IMG/VR virus record: IMGVR_UViG_3300036785_000488
Location: 21,072 to 85,071 of that record
Reading direction: 5' to 3' (one strand)
Origin: a virus
Length of the DNA stretch: 64,000 nt
Position 1 is the first letter of the stretch. Every line of letters begins with the position of its first letter. The translations under genes and the position numbers were made by a program. Below the pieces are notes generated by a model. It saw only the letters and a program-made list of their open reading frames with translations, made no database searches and was not told the DNA's origin. Shown one piece after another: positions 24,970 through 34,014 of the stretch.

Positions 24970-25902
24970 ATGCCACGAGCCAAGACCTACACCACCGGGG
25001 GGTGGATCGACCACTGGCTGGCCCAGGTCAAGCGGAAGGTCGAGCTGTCCACGCACACCGACTACACCCGATGGACGAGGCTCTACGTCAAGCCCACGGT
25101 GGGGGCGATCCCGCTCGATACCCTCGACGCCGACGACGTGGACGACATGATGAACGACTTGGCTGAGCGGGGCCTGTCCCCGTCCACGGTGCGCCTGGCC
25201 CGCACCCTGCTGATCTCAGCCCTCGACGCCGCCGTCAAGCGGAAGAAGATCCCGTCCAACGAGGCCCGCCTGACCGACCTGCCCAAAAAGACCAAGGCCC
25301 GGATCAACGACCGGCTCGACGCGGAGCAGGCCAAGGCCGTGCTCGATGCCCTCTCAGAGGACCGGCTCTCTGCCCTCGCCGTCGTCGCCCTCTCCCTGGG
25401 GGTGCGTCCCGGCGAGCTGTTCGCTCTCAAGTGGAGCGCCGTCGACCTGGAGGCCAAGACGATCCGGATCCAGGCCGGTCTCAAACGGAACGCCGACGGG
25501 TGGTATCTCAAAGGCCCGAAGACCGATGCGGGCAAGCGCACGCTGCCACTCCCCGAGTTCGTCGTCACCGCTCTCCAGGCCCACCAGGACCAGATGATCG
25601 CTGAAGATCTGCATGGCCCAGACAGCTTCGTCTTCTGTGACACAGCCGGGGAGCCGCTCAAGGCCCGTGACGTCCTCACCTGGTGGCACAAGGCCACGCT
25701 ACGAGCTGGCGTGGGGCGGCGACGGTTCTACTGCTCCCGGCACACTGCGGCCACGCTCATGCTGAACAACGGGGTCGCCCTGGAGGTGGTCTCCAAGATC
25801 CTGGGGCACTCCGGCTATGCCATCACCTCGGACGTGTACGCCGAGGTCCAAGAGGAGCTGCAGCGCGACGCCGCCGACGTCATGGACGGTGTCCTGGGGT
25901 AA
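24970..25902 (+). CDS. int: tyrosine recombinase / integrase
   Basis: GVRPGELFALKW, PKT, RFYCSRHTAAT, ILGHS, DVYA; SAM-like core-binding N-terminus. Confidence 0.9.
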   Translation: MPRAKTYTTGGWIDHWLAQVKRKVELSTHTDYTRWTRLYVKPTVGAIPLDTLDADDVDDMMNDLAERGLSPSTVRLARTLLISALDAAVKRKKIPSNEARLTDLPKKTKARINDRLDAEQAKAVLDALSEDRLSALAVVALSLGVRPGELFALKWSAVDLEAKTIRIQAGLKRNADGWYLKGPKTDAGKRTLPLPEFVVTALQAHQDQMIAEDLHGPDSFVFCDTAGEPLKARDVLTWWHKATLRAGVGRRRFYCSRHTAATLMLNNGVALEVVSKILGHSGYAITSDVYAEVQEELQRDAADVMDGVLG

Positions 25903-25929
25903 GGGGCCGGGGCCGGTAAGACTCAAGGT

Positions 25930-26526
25930 GTGCCCCAGGACAAGTACAACCCCTACGAGTTGCCCGCCGACACGCTGGCCTACCTAAGCATCACCAAGAT
26001 CAGCCCCCAGATAGTGGACGAAACCGTTGTGCTACCCGACCTCACCCAGGCTGTCGCCATAGAGCACATCCAACAGGCTGTCGCCTGGCATGCCTCTCTA
26101 GGTACGACCGTGGTGGACCCACGACTTGGTCCTCCTGGCAGTCCCATGTTCACCAGCTTCGACCCGCTGTTCAGTGACGGGCTGGCCGACACCTCGCTCT
26201 GGATCTACGGGAACGGTCTCACTGCGCCCTACCCAGCCGCTCCCTTCGTATTAGAGACAGCAGAATGTGCGCCGGGGTTCAGCGCAGGGAGGGGCGGCGG
26301 GACCATCAACATCACGGGTACCGATTTTCTGGATCCCAACACGCCAGTGAGTGTCTTCATCATCAATGATGAGTATTTCTACAACCTCGTCGGCTCAACG
26401 ATCACCGACACGACGTGTGCCTTGGTAATCGCGCCTCCTATTCCTGTCGGAGAAACCACGATTAGAGGACAAGACGGCCCCGGCGTGTGGTCCTCCAACG
26501 CGATCCCACTGGTGATCCCGCAATGA
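25930..26526 (+). CDS. Ig-like (IPT/TIG-like) domain protein
   Basis: GGGTINITGTDF; AAGACT-6 nt-GTG start. Confidence 0.6.
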   Translation: MPQDKYNPYELPADTLAYLSITKISPQIVDETVVLPDLTQAVAIEHIQQAVAWHASLGTTVVDPRLGPPGSPMFTSFDPLFSDGLADTSLWIYGNGLTAPYPAAPFVLETAECAPGFSAGRGGGTINITGTDFLDPNTPVSVFIINDEYFYNLVGSTITDTTCALVIAPPIPVGETTIRGQDGPGVWSSNAIPLVIPQ

Positions 26527-28190
26527 ACACAGTGATCCCCGGCAACGAGTACTGCTTGGTGCGGCAGATCGCCATCGCCAACTATCCAGGAGCCAAGTGG
26601 CTCCCGACGATGTTCGGACAGACCGGAGCGCCGCCCGCAGTACCGGACGATCTCCTCTACGTCACAACGCAACCGGACACAACCGACTGGCCGTTCGACT
26701 CCACCCATTTCACTTGTTTCATGCCGACATGGAGTAACGACTTCCCGATGGACTGTTACGTCACGGCGATCTGGTTGATGCCCGACAAGTACGGGAGCCA
26801 GGATCCGAACGACACTCAGTTCACCGACATACCAGGCACCTTCACCTGGACCGGCAACAACCTGCCACCTCCACCCATTCCGGTTGAGTTCACCATCGTC
26901 GGTCATCTTCCAGCCACCGGAGGAACCGTCACACTCGTAGCGCAGACAAACGACTTCACACAAGTAACGGGGTCCATCGGCTGGGGTGCTGGATCCACCA
27001 GTGGAGGAGCATTGTCGTGGGCGCTCATTGACCCTTGGGACATCTCGGCCACCTTTGATGACTTCACACAGTTCGGATTCGACACCGGAACGACGGTGAC
27101 CATCTATCTCTACGACCAGTACAACCAAGAGATCGGTCAGCAAGACACGGTGTTGTCCTATGGAACCCTCCCAGGAACAGTCACGTTGGCGGCGACATCA
27201 TCCCTGACGTTGGCAACGACAACAACGCCGGGACCAAAGGTGACGATGGCTGCGTCAGCCGGTCTCATGATGGCTGCGACAACAGCGCCACCACCCCCTA
27301 TCTTCACGGCGACACCGACGACGATGCCGATGGGCGGCGGCACGATGACACTGACAGCAACAGGCGGGAACGACTTCAATGCGGTGAACTGGGTCGGCTA
27401 CAGCAGTACCCCCGACGACACCGGATCAAAGGGAGCCATGGTGTCGTGGCAGTACATCGACACAACACACATCACTTGCGTCCTACCGAACCTCGGTTAC
27501 ACCACGACACTGTGGGTGGAGGTGGAGGGTCTCGGTTGGAACGAGGCGTTCTCAGTAAACCAGGTGGCAGTGACAAGTGATGCGGTCAAACTGAGTTCCA
27601 TCTCACCAACCATCGGTCAGGAAGGCGACGCCCTCACACTCACCGGTACCGGGTTTCTCAGCTTGCCACTCGATGCTGGTGGCAAGCCGCTCGTCTACTT
27701 CCTATCCGGTTACGGCTATCCAGAGACCAGTCCGGATGATGTGACCGTAGTCGAGGTCAACGACACCACGATCACATGCATAATCCCGTATCTGGATCCG
27801 TTCTACGACACACCGAACACCTATTACGTCGGCCTGCTATCCGCTCAGTGGGATGGTGTTGGACCGCCACCGGTTATTCCTTCTCCACAGCCACTGATAC
27901 CAACTGCCTTCACGGTCTCACCGACGACGATGTCCGCTGCTGCTGGCGGCACGTTCACTCTCAGCGCAAACCTAAACGTAGGCAACTTCACTCAGGTCAC
28001 CGACGTGCAGTGGATCGGCGTTTCAGTGTCGGGTGAGGGTGCACCGTCGAACTGGACGCTCGTCAACCCAACGACGATCACAGCGTCGTTCAATAACTTG
28101 CACATCCTCAGCCCAGGAGCCGTGATCGCTCTCCAAGTAACGATCAGCGGTCAAACGATTATTGGTGAGCCGTACGTGATACTGACGTAG
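26523..28190 (+). CDS. multi-IPT/TIG Ig-like virion surface protein
   Basis: Repeated GGT[VMF]TL...[DN]F..V, ISP.IG..GD.LTLTGTGF, DTTITC. Confidence 0.7.
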   Translation: MNTVIPGNEYCLVRQIAIANYPGAKWLPTMFGQTGAPPAVPDDLLYVTTQPDTTDWPFDSTHFTCFMPTWSNDFPMDCYVTAIWLMPDKYGSQDPNDTQFTDIPGTFTWTGNNLPPPPIPVEFTIVGHLPATGGTVTLVAQTNDFTQVTGSIGWGAGSTSGGALSWALIDPWDISATFDDFTQFGFDTGTTVTIYLYDQYNQEIGQQDTVLSYGTLPGTVTLAATSSLTLATTTTPGPKVTMAASAGLMMAATTAPPPPIFTATPTTMPMGGGTMTLTATGGNDFNAVNWVGYSSTPDDTGSKGAMVSWQYIDTTHITCVLPNLGYTTTLWVEVEGLGWNEAFSVNQVAVTSDAVKLSSISPTIGQEGDALTLTGTGFLSLPLDAGGKPLVYFLSGYGYPETSPDDVTVVEVNDTTITCIIPYLDPFYDTPNTYYVGLLSAQWDGVGPPPVIPSPQPLIPTAFTVSPTTMSAAAGGTFTLSANLNVGNFTQVTDVQWIGVSVSGEGAPSNWTLVNPTTITASFNNLHILSPGAVIALQVTISGQTIIGEPYVILT

Positions 28191-28199
28191 TCTCTGGGT

Positions 28200-29465
28200 A
28201 TGCCCCGCTTCAGTGTCTTCACCCCCAGCCACCGCCCCCAGTACCTAGACGAGTGCCTCGACAGTCTCCGACAGCAGACCGAGCAGGACTGGGAATGGGT
28301 GGTGATACTCGACGGGACGGTGTGGCGTCCCCCCTATACCGACCAACGAATCCGGGTGATGCGCGCACCGGGCAATGTCGAGGGAGTCGGGGCGCTCAAG
28401 CGACTGGCGTGTGAGGAGGCACACGGTGAGATCCTGGTCGAGCTGGATCACGACGACATCCTGGCTTCCTCAGCTCTAGAGGACATCGGAACGGCGTTCA
28501 ACAATGAACCCGATGTCTCGCTGGTGTACAGCCACACCGCACAGATCAGCCCAGACGGCACCCGTGACGACTCACGCTTTGACGAAGCACACGGCTGGGT
28601 CTACGAGGACATGACTGTCGATGAGCTAGAGGTGCTGTGCTTCAAGGCGATGAACCCGACTCCGCACAACGTCAGCTACATCTGGTACGCCCCCAACCAT
28701 GTGCGCGCCTTCCGCAAGAGTGCGTACGAGAAGGCGGGCGGCTACGACGCCGACCGGCGTGTACTAGACGACCAAGACCTCATGTGTCGGCTGTATCAGG
28801 TCGGGCCGTTCAAGCTGATCGACAAGTGCTTGTACCTCCAGCGGATCCATCCGACGAACACGCAGAGCGAACCGGACACCAACGCCTTCATCCAAGAGGA
28901 GACCGTGCGGCTCTACGACCTCTACATGGAGGCCAACTGCCTCGCCTGGGCGAAGCACTGGGGCCTCGCTGCACTGGACCTGGGGGCGGCACACAACCAC
29001 CCCGACGGATACCTCGGTGTCGACAAGGTGCGCGGACCCGACACCGACATCGTGGCTCAGTTGCCGTGTGGATTGAGCGAAATACCAAGCAGTTCCGTTG
29101 GCGTCATCCGTGCCGTCGATTTTCTTGAGCACGTAGGCGAGAAGGTGGCTCTGATGAACGAGATCTACCGACTCCTCGCCCCAGGTGGACTGCTGCTGTC
29201 ACAGACACCGAGCACCGATGGCCGGGGCGCATTCCAGGACCCGACACACGTCAGCTTCTGGAACGAGAACTCCTTCTGGTATTACACCGACCTCAACTAC
29301 CGGAACTTCGTCCCCGAGATCGAGGCCAGATTTCAGACCTCCCGACTGGTGACATATTTCCCCACTGAGTGGCACCAGGAGCACGACATCTCCTACGTAG
29401 CGGCGAATTTGATCGCGCTGAAGGATCCAATGCCCCGCAACGGCGGGCAGATTTTCTGGGGTTAG
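28200..29465 (+). CDS. GT2 glycosyltransferase fused to class I methyltransferase
   Basis: SVFTPS...LDECLDSL..Q...WEWVVILDG, ELDHDD, DQDL; LDLGAA, DFLEH, EIYRLLAPGG, DPTH..FWN. Confidence 0.88.
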   Translation: MPRFSVFTPSHRPQYLDECLDSLRQQTEQDWEWVVILDGTVWRPPYTDQRIRVMRAPGNVEGVGALKRLACEEAHGEILVELDHDDILASSALEDIGTAFNNEPDVSLVYSHTAQISPDGTRDDSRFDEAHGWVYEDMTVDELEVLCFKAMNPTPHNVSYIWYAPNHVRAFRKSAYEKAGGYDADRRVLDDQDLMCRLYQVGPFKLIDKCLYLQRIHPTNTQSEPDTNAFIQEETVRLYDLYMEANCLAWAKHWGLAALDLGAAHNHPDGYLGVDKVRGPDTDIVAQLPCGLSEIPSSSVGVIRAVDFLEHVGEKVALMNEIYRLLAPGGLLLSQTPSTDGRGAFQDPTHVSFWNENSFWYYTDLNYRNFVPEIEARFQTSRLVTYFPTEWHQEHDISYVAANLIALKDPMPRNGGQIFWG

Positions 29466-29689
29466 CCCCAGGAGCTGACGGGCACGCCACCTTCTGATCC
29501 AGTCGTCTGAGGGGTCGTGGCGTCGTTGAAATCACGCACCGCATTTCTGACTGGCTTGGTCACGACCTCGGCACCGTGGGCGACGCTCGCGGCCCGACCG
29601 ATCCCTCCCAGAGTCCCGGCAAGACCACCGGCCTCACCAGCCTCGGCACCGATGCCCAGGATCTCGGGTAACGCTGCAAGAAATACCAT
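29462..29689 (-). CDS. small Gly/Ala-rich protein, leaderless
   Basis: TACTCT-6 nt-ATG; MVFLAALPEILGIGAEAGE. Confidence 0.55.
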   Translation of the reverse strand: MVFLAALPEILGIGAEAGEAGGLAGTLGGIGRAASVAHGAEVVTKPVRNAVRDFNDATTPQTTGSEGGVPVSSWG

Positions 29690-29746
29690 GCCCCGAGAGT
29701 ACCGGGTGGCCCAGGTTGGCCCCTGCCACCGGGTAAGACTTTGGGC

Positions 29747-30259
29747 ATGCCTGAAGACACAGATGACACATATGAGGCGTTTACCGTCGAGGAGCTGCGC
29801 GAGGAACTCCGAGCCAGGGATCTCCACACGTCTGGCAACAAGGACGAGTTGATCACCAGGCTGGAGGAAGACGACGCTGCTGCCGAGGGGGGCGAAGCCG
29901 GAGCCACCGAGACCTCCACCGAACTCGCTGAGGTCGAGCAGACCGACGAAGAGGAGGCCCCGCTCATCGATCCGCCCAGGGTGTACAGCCCCTACGAGCT
30001 GCCGTCGAACACCGCAGCCGCCCAGGCGTTCGTCGCCGCCCACCCTGACGCTGTCGACCCCGAGTTGGTCCTCGACCCGCCTGAGCGCCACGAAATGGCC
30101 CAGGCCAACATCCAGGACCACGTCGACCAGATGGCCGAACTGGGCGTGACGGTCGAAGACGTTCGCCTGGAGGGGTACACGCCCCCGCCACCACCTCCTG
30201 AGGAGGAGCCTGCCGCCGTACAGACCGAGACTGAGGAGGAACAACCCAGTGCCGTATAA
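29747..30259 (+). CDS. acidic SAP-domain protein
   Basis: TVEELREELRARDL.TSGNKDELITRL. Confidence 0.8.
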   Translation: MPEDTDDTYEAFTVEELREELRARDLHTSGNKDELITRLEEDDAAAEGGEAGATETSTELAEVEQTDEEEAPLIDPPRVYSPYELPSNTAAAQAFVAAHPDAVDPELVLDPPERHEMAQANIQDHVDQMAELGVTVEDVRLEGYTPPPPPPEEEPAAVQTETEEEQPSAV

Positions 30260-30848
30260 CCCGCTCGCCAACCCGTACATCATCAATCCAAGAGAGCTGC
30301 CCGCCAACCAGACAGCGGCGGCAGCGGTTCCGGCCTGGAACATCGGCACGGCGAACCAATGGTGCCAGTCACCGTTCACCACACCGAACTGGAGCGATGA
30401 ATCCCAGCCGGTGGGATCGGTTGCCGCACAGTCGAAGAGTCCAAGCTCTGTGCCTTCGGTGAACGATCCGGACGCTGTTGTTGCCGCCCGTGACGTGAAC
30501 GCACAGAACAACCTCGCCGCTGAGAAAACACGGCAGACAGCGATCCAGACAGCGGCGACGAACGCCATCACCGCCATCAACAACTTGACCGGCGGCGCAC
30601 CTGGTGTCTTCTCGGTCAACCCGGCGTCTGTTGTCCACGGTGTCGCCACACCCGTCACGATCATGGGTTCTGGTTTCACCGGGGCGAGCAGCGTCACCAT
30701 CGGCGTGGCCTGCACAGGCGTCACCGTCGTCAACGACGGCGAGATCACCTGCACCACCGCAGCCACGACAGTGGCCGGGACGTTCAACGTCGTGGTCGTG
30801 GCGACGGGTGGCACCGGTACCGGCGTGGGATTGATGACGTATACGTGA
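30249..30848 (+). CDS. IPT/TIG domain protein
   Basis: VFSVNPA...TPVTIMGSGFTGASSVTIG...VVNDGEITCTT. Confidence 0.75.
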   Translation: MPYNPLANPYIINPRELPANQTAAAAVPAWNIGTANQWCQSPFTTPNWSDESQPVGSVAAQSKSPSSVPSVNDPDAVVAARDVNAQNNLAAEKTRQTAIQTAATNAITAINNLTGGAPGVFSVNPASVVHGVATPVTIMGSGFTGASSVTIGVACTGVTVVNDGEITCTTAATTVAGTFNVVVVATGGTGTGVGLMTYT

Positions 30849-31069
30849 GCGTCCAGCGCGGTGTCACGACACCGCAGCAAATCCCTATGTCACCTCGACG
30901 CTTCCTGATCGACGGCAGTCCCCCACCGTGTTATCGCGACCGGTGGGGGGACTGGCAGTGCGGGCACAATCACGATGAGCTAGACCTTGTGCCGCTCCAG
31001 GACATCTACCACTGGGTGGAAGGCTGGACAACACAGAGAGAGGAAGGAACGCCTATCGAGATTCAATAG
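30845..31069 (+). CDS. hypothetical protein
   Basis: GTGA overlap. Confidence 0.5.
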   Translation: MSVQRGVTTPQQIPMSPRRFLIDGSPPPCYRDRWGDWQCGHNHDELDLVPLQDIYHWVEGWTTQREEGTPIEIQ

Positions 31070-31132
31070 GGTTCGGGTCGCTGACACAGACCTGTTCCCG
31101 CTCCGCAAGTCGCCTCGCAAAAAAGGAGACCC

Positions 31133-31765
31133 ATGAAGCGACGAACAAGCCTGACATTTTTTATCGGGTGTGCCGCACTCTGCGGCACTTTTCTTTTATT
31201 GACCAGCAGTACCGGCGAAGAGGAGATCAAGGGCGTCAGCCCTCGGTTGGTTCCGGCCAGTGGTACTCCCCCGAGAGTTGTCCATACGCCGGTCGGCAGG
31301 GTGACCGACACCCTCGTACCGACCAGCGCACAGACCTCCCGGACGCAGCTACCACATCCGAATCTGATTCACGACATGAATCAGGTCATCACTATCGCGC
31401 CAGCGCCAACGCCTGTGCCGCCACCGGCAGCCCCTGTGGCCGCACCAGCACCGCCGCCGCCTCCTCCCGCTCCAATACCCACCACCACTACCACGACACA
31501 GCCGCCTGCTCCAGCAGCGCCCGTTGTCAACGACGGTGGCTGGCAGCAGGTGGCGATCTGCGAGGAGGGCGGGTCGAACAGCCCGACCTACGGCTACTTC
31601 GGCATCATGCCGTCAAGCTGGGCTGCCTACGGTGGCACGGCGTACTCAGCGACGGCAGGCGGGTCAAGCTGGGCTACCCAGGTGATGATTGGTGACAAGA
31701 TCAATGGAGGCAACGCCCCCTACGCACCTTCCGGGTGCGCTGCCGCGGGCTACGGGGGCTGGTGA
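31133..31765 (+). CDS. secreted Rpf-like (resuscitation-promoting factor) transglycosylase
   Basis: Signal-like N-terminus, Pro/Thr linker, WQQVAICEEGG...YGYFGI.PSSWAAYGG...SWATQVMIG; AAGGAG RBS. Confidence 0.75.
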   Translation: MKRRTSLTFFIGCAALCGTFLLLTSSTGEEEIKGVSPRLVPASGTPPRVVHTPVGRVTDTLVPTSAQTSRTQLPHPNLIHDMNQVITIAPAPTPVPPPAAPVAAPAPPPPPPAPIPTTTTTTQPPAPAAPVVNDGGWQQVAICEEGGSNSPTYGYFGIMPSSWAAYGGTAYSATAGGSSWATQVMIGDKINGGNAPYAPSGCAAAGYGGW

Positions 31766-31776
31766 CGTAAGCTGTC

Positions 31777-31894
31777 GATGTCCATTGAGTGTGGGCATCT
31801 CGCTTGTGGAGTGGCCCCCTGGTTGTCAGCCAGCCAGGGGGTCGCTTCGCGAATACCGGGTCAGTCTGGAGGGGGAATCAAGAGACTGACCCGG
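31777..31894. terminator. three tandem hairpins between convergent genes
   Basis: Stems at 31777-31799 and 31806-31850; perfect 12-bp CCGGGTCAGTCT/AGACTGACCCGG at 31856-31894. Confidence 0.55.
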
Positions 31895-31904
31895 CCCTTG
31901 AATT

Positions 31905-32180
31905 CTACTGAGCCTTCTCAGGCTCCCCTTGATGCTGGAGCTGATGGGCGATCTGGGCCTGGAAGCTCAAGATGGCCTCGGCTGTCTTGATCGCCTGGTA
32001 GTCGGCCAGGGCATTCGCCAGGGCGGGGTACACGTCCGCTGAAGTGGCGAGCCGCTGGGCCGTGAAGCGGGCCTCAGGATCGAGCACGACCCGACTCTGG
32101 CCGTTCTGGTCGAGCACCACGATGAAGAGGCACTGGACCTCGTGGCCCTGCTGTGCTTCGTTGCCGTTCGTCTCGGTCAA
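31905..32180 (-). CDS. hypothetical protein
   Basis: GGAGG before TTG. Confidence 0.6.
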   Translation of the reverse strand: MTETNGNEAQQGHEVQCLFIVVLDQNGQSRVVLDPEARFTAQRLATSADVYPALANALADYQAIKTAEAILSFQAQIAHQLQHQGEPEKAQ

Positions 32181-32572
32181 TCTGTCCTCCTACGACACCT
32201 CAGACGGTTGCACTCCCGGCACTCCCGGCGTCCGTGGTGGATGAGCGCGTCTTCCAGGCTGTGACCGTGCTTGCAGTGAGTCTTCGACCCCAGCGCCCCT
32301 CTCCGAACGTTCTCACGGCGGGTGACCGGCTCCAGGTGATCAGGACGGCAACAAGCCCTGTTCCGGCACAGGTGATCCAGCTCCAGGCCATCCGGCACCG
32401 GCTGTACTAGCAGCTCGTAGAGAACCACATGAGCAAGGAGATCCTTCCCAAGGTGATTGAGGTGACCATAACCATTGGGGTACCTAGCGGCAGTCCAGGG
32501 CCAGCAGTCGTCAGCGACGAGGAACTTGTCCTCCAGTCGCTCAAGAAGTGATTTGGCATCACTCCTAGTCAA
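32177..32572 (-). CDS. free-standing HNH endonuclease
   Basis: CWPW...NGYG...AH...Y...ELDHLCRNRACCRPDHLEPVT..EN; THCKHGH...CREC. Confidence 0.88.
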   Translation of the reverse strand: MTRSDAKSLLERLEDKFLVADDCWPWTAARYPNGYGHLNHLGKDLLAHVVLYELLVQPVPDGLELDHLCRNRACCRPDHLEPVTRRENVRRGALGSKTHCKHGHSLEDALIHHGRRECRECNRLRCRRRTD

Positions 32573-33128
32573 CCTCGCCTGGCTCCTTTTTGTACATGCC
32601 TTTTCTGTGTCGGATCTCGGTGACCACAGTACTCGTCACGACGCAGAAATCGCAGAGATAGACCTCCTGGCCCTTCCAGCTTTCGGGAGTGAGTCGCTTG
32701 CGATCAGCTCGCCAGTCGATGCAGTCGGTGCCCTTGGGTCGACGGTGCAGGTTGTAGCACTTCCCGGCATCCTCTTTGTACGTGTCCTTGGTGGCGTAGA
32801 ACTCGGGGTGGAAGCCGGTCCAACGCTCCCTCAGACCCTTGAGGATCTCGTCACGGTGGCCCTCCCAGAAGGTGTGCGGACCCCGGATCGTGGAGCGCCC
32901 CACGCGCTTGCCCTGGGCGTTGACCGCATCCTTCTCACCACAATGACAGGGGTCCTCCGGCGCGACGAGGAGAGCTGCCGAGTCAGACTTGACGTTCCCG
33001 TGCTTCTGGACGTGACGCCGCACGAGCTGGTCGAGGATCGGGTCCTGAGCCTCAAGCTCCTTGGGGCCGTCGTAGAGCGGCAGCTCCTCGATGGTCTGAC
33101 ACTCTCTACATACAAGAAGCCGAGGCAC
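32565..33128 (-). CDS. Cys-rich hypothetical protein
   Basis: RLLVCRECQTIEELP, C...H.RP...C, YLCDFC. Confidence 0.7.
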   Translation of the reverse strand: MPRLLVCRECQTIEELPLYDGPKELEAQDPILDQLVRRHVQKHGNVKSDSAALLVAPEDPCHCGEKDAVNAQGKRVGRSTIRGPHTFWEGHRDEILKGLRERWTGFHPEFYATKDTYKEDAGKCYNLHRRPKGTDCIDWRADRKRLTPESWKGQEVYLCDFCVVTSTVVTEIRHRKGMYKKEPGEVD

Positions 33129-33355
33129 TACCGGCAGTAGCGTCCATCCGGTGTTCTCTTCTCACCGCCGTCGATGCCAGCCTCAAACACGCCGTACCCG
33201 TTGCCGCCCCGATTCAGGTTGCGCCGGTCGGCCAACTGGAGGAGGTGGTCAGGGTCGGGGTAGTTGGAGCGGTCGATGCAGATGCGCTTGTAGGTCCCGT
33301 CGACCGTCCCCTCAAGCAGCTCAGATTCCATCGAGCGGTCCTTGATTGCCGTCAT
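33128..33355 (-). CDS. hypothetical protein
   Basis: AAAGGAG upstream. Confidence 0.6.
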   Translation of the reverse strand: MTAIKDRSMESELLEGTVDGTYKRICIDRSNYPDPDHLLQLADRRNLNRGGNGYGVFEAGIDGGEKRTPDGRYCR

Positions 33356-33364
33356 GGCTCTCCT

Positions 33365-33610
33365 TTAGACCTGGACAGGCTGGCCCTGATCGGACCCCTG
33401 CGTGGTCATGGTCGCGCTGTCGTCGTAGTCCTTCGCCGCCTTCTGCTGGTTCTCCCAGCGTCTGATCAGTCCACTAGCGACCACAGGACCAGCGTCAGCG
33501 GCGATGCTGGTGGCGGCTCTGAAACCAGGCACGTACGCCTGGAAGCCCCCCCAGTGACCGATCTGCACACCACCAGTACTGACCGGCTGAGGCCCTTGCT
33601 GCTCTGCCAT
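33365..33610 (-). CDS. hypothetical protein
   Basis: AGGAG upstream of MAEQQG. Confidence 0.55.
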   Translation of the reverse strand: MAEQQGPQPVSTGGVQIGHWGGFQAYVPGFRAATSIAADAGPVVASGLIRRWENQQKAAKDYDDSATMTTQGSDQGQPVQV

Positions 33611-33620
33611 GGCGACTCTC

Positions 33621-33998
33621 CTACCAGACGTCTTCCACGCCCACGTTACGCGCCGAGGACTGTGCGCCTGCGACACCCCCGGACAGCTCGTAGCGAGCGT
33701 TGGGGTAGAACCGGTCGACTTTGAAGGCCATGTCGATACCGGGCTGGCGGTCGGGGTAGTCGGGGTAGCCGAACCGGGGCGGGAAGGGGATGATCTGGGG
33801 GAGCGGGGGGCGCACCGTGGCCTGGATGACGTCGCCTGGAATCGTGGCCGTCATGAGCGAGGCCGTGACCAGAGCCTCCTGGGAGGCGTAGGTTGGGCCA
33901 GCCTCGTAGTAGACGTCGCCGCTCGATATTTGCTCCTGGTTGTCCGGTGGGATCACCGGCATGTACGGCTGGTTGCCGAGGGTCCTCCGAGGAGCCAT
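33621..33998 (-). CDS. hypothetical (probably structural-region) protein
   Basis: ORF downstream of the fibre genes. Confidence 0.6.
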   Translation of the reverse strand: MAPRRTLGNQPYMPVIPPDNQEQISSGDVYYEAGPTYASQEALVTASLMTATIPGDVIQATVRPPLPQIIPFPPRFGYPDYPDRQPGIDMAFKVDRFYPNARYELSGGVAGAQSSARNVGVEDVW

Positions 33999-34014
33999 GC
34001 TCAATTATGCCCCG

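Noticed and set aside
31063-31132. c-di-AMP (ydaO) riboswitch upstream of the Rpf-like gene
   Set aside because: Region is too short and lacks the conserved ydaO elements.
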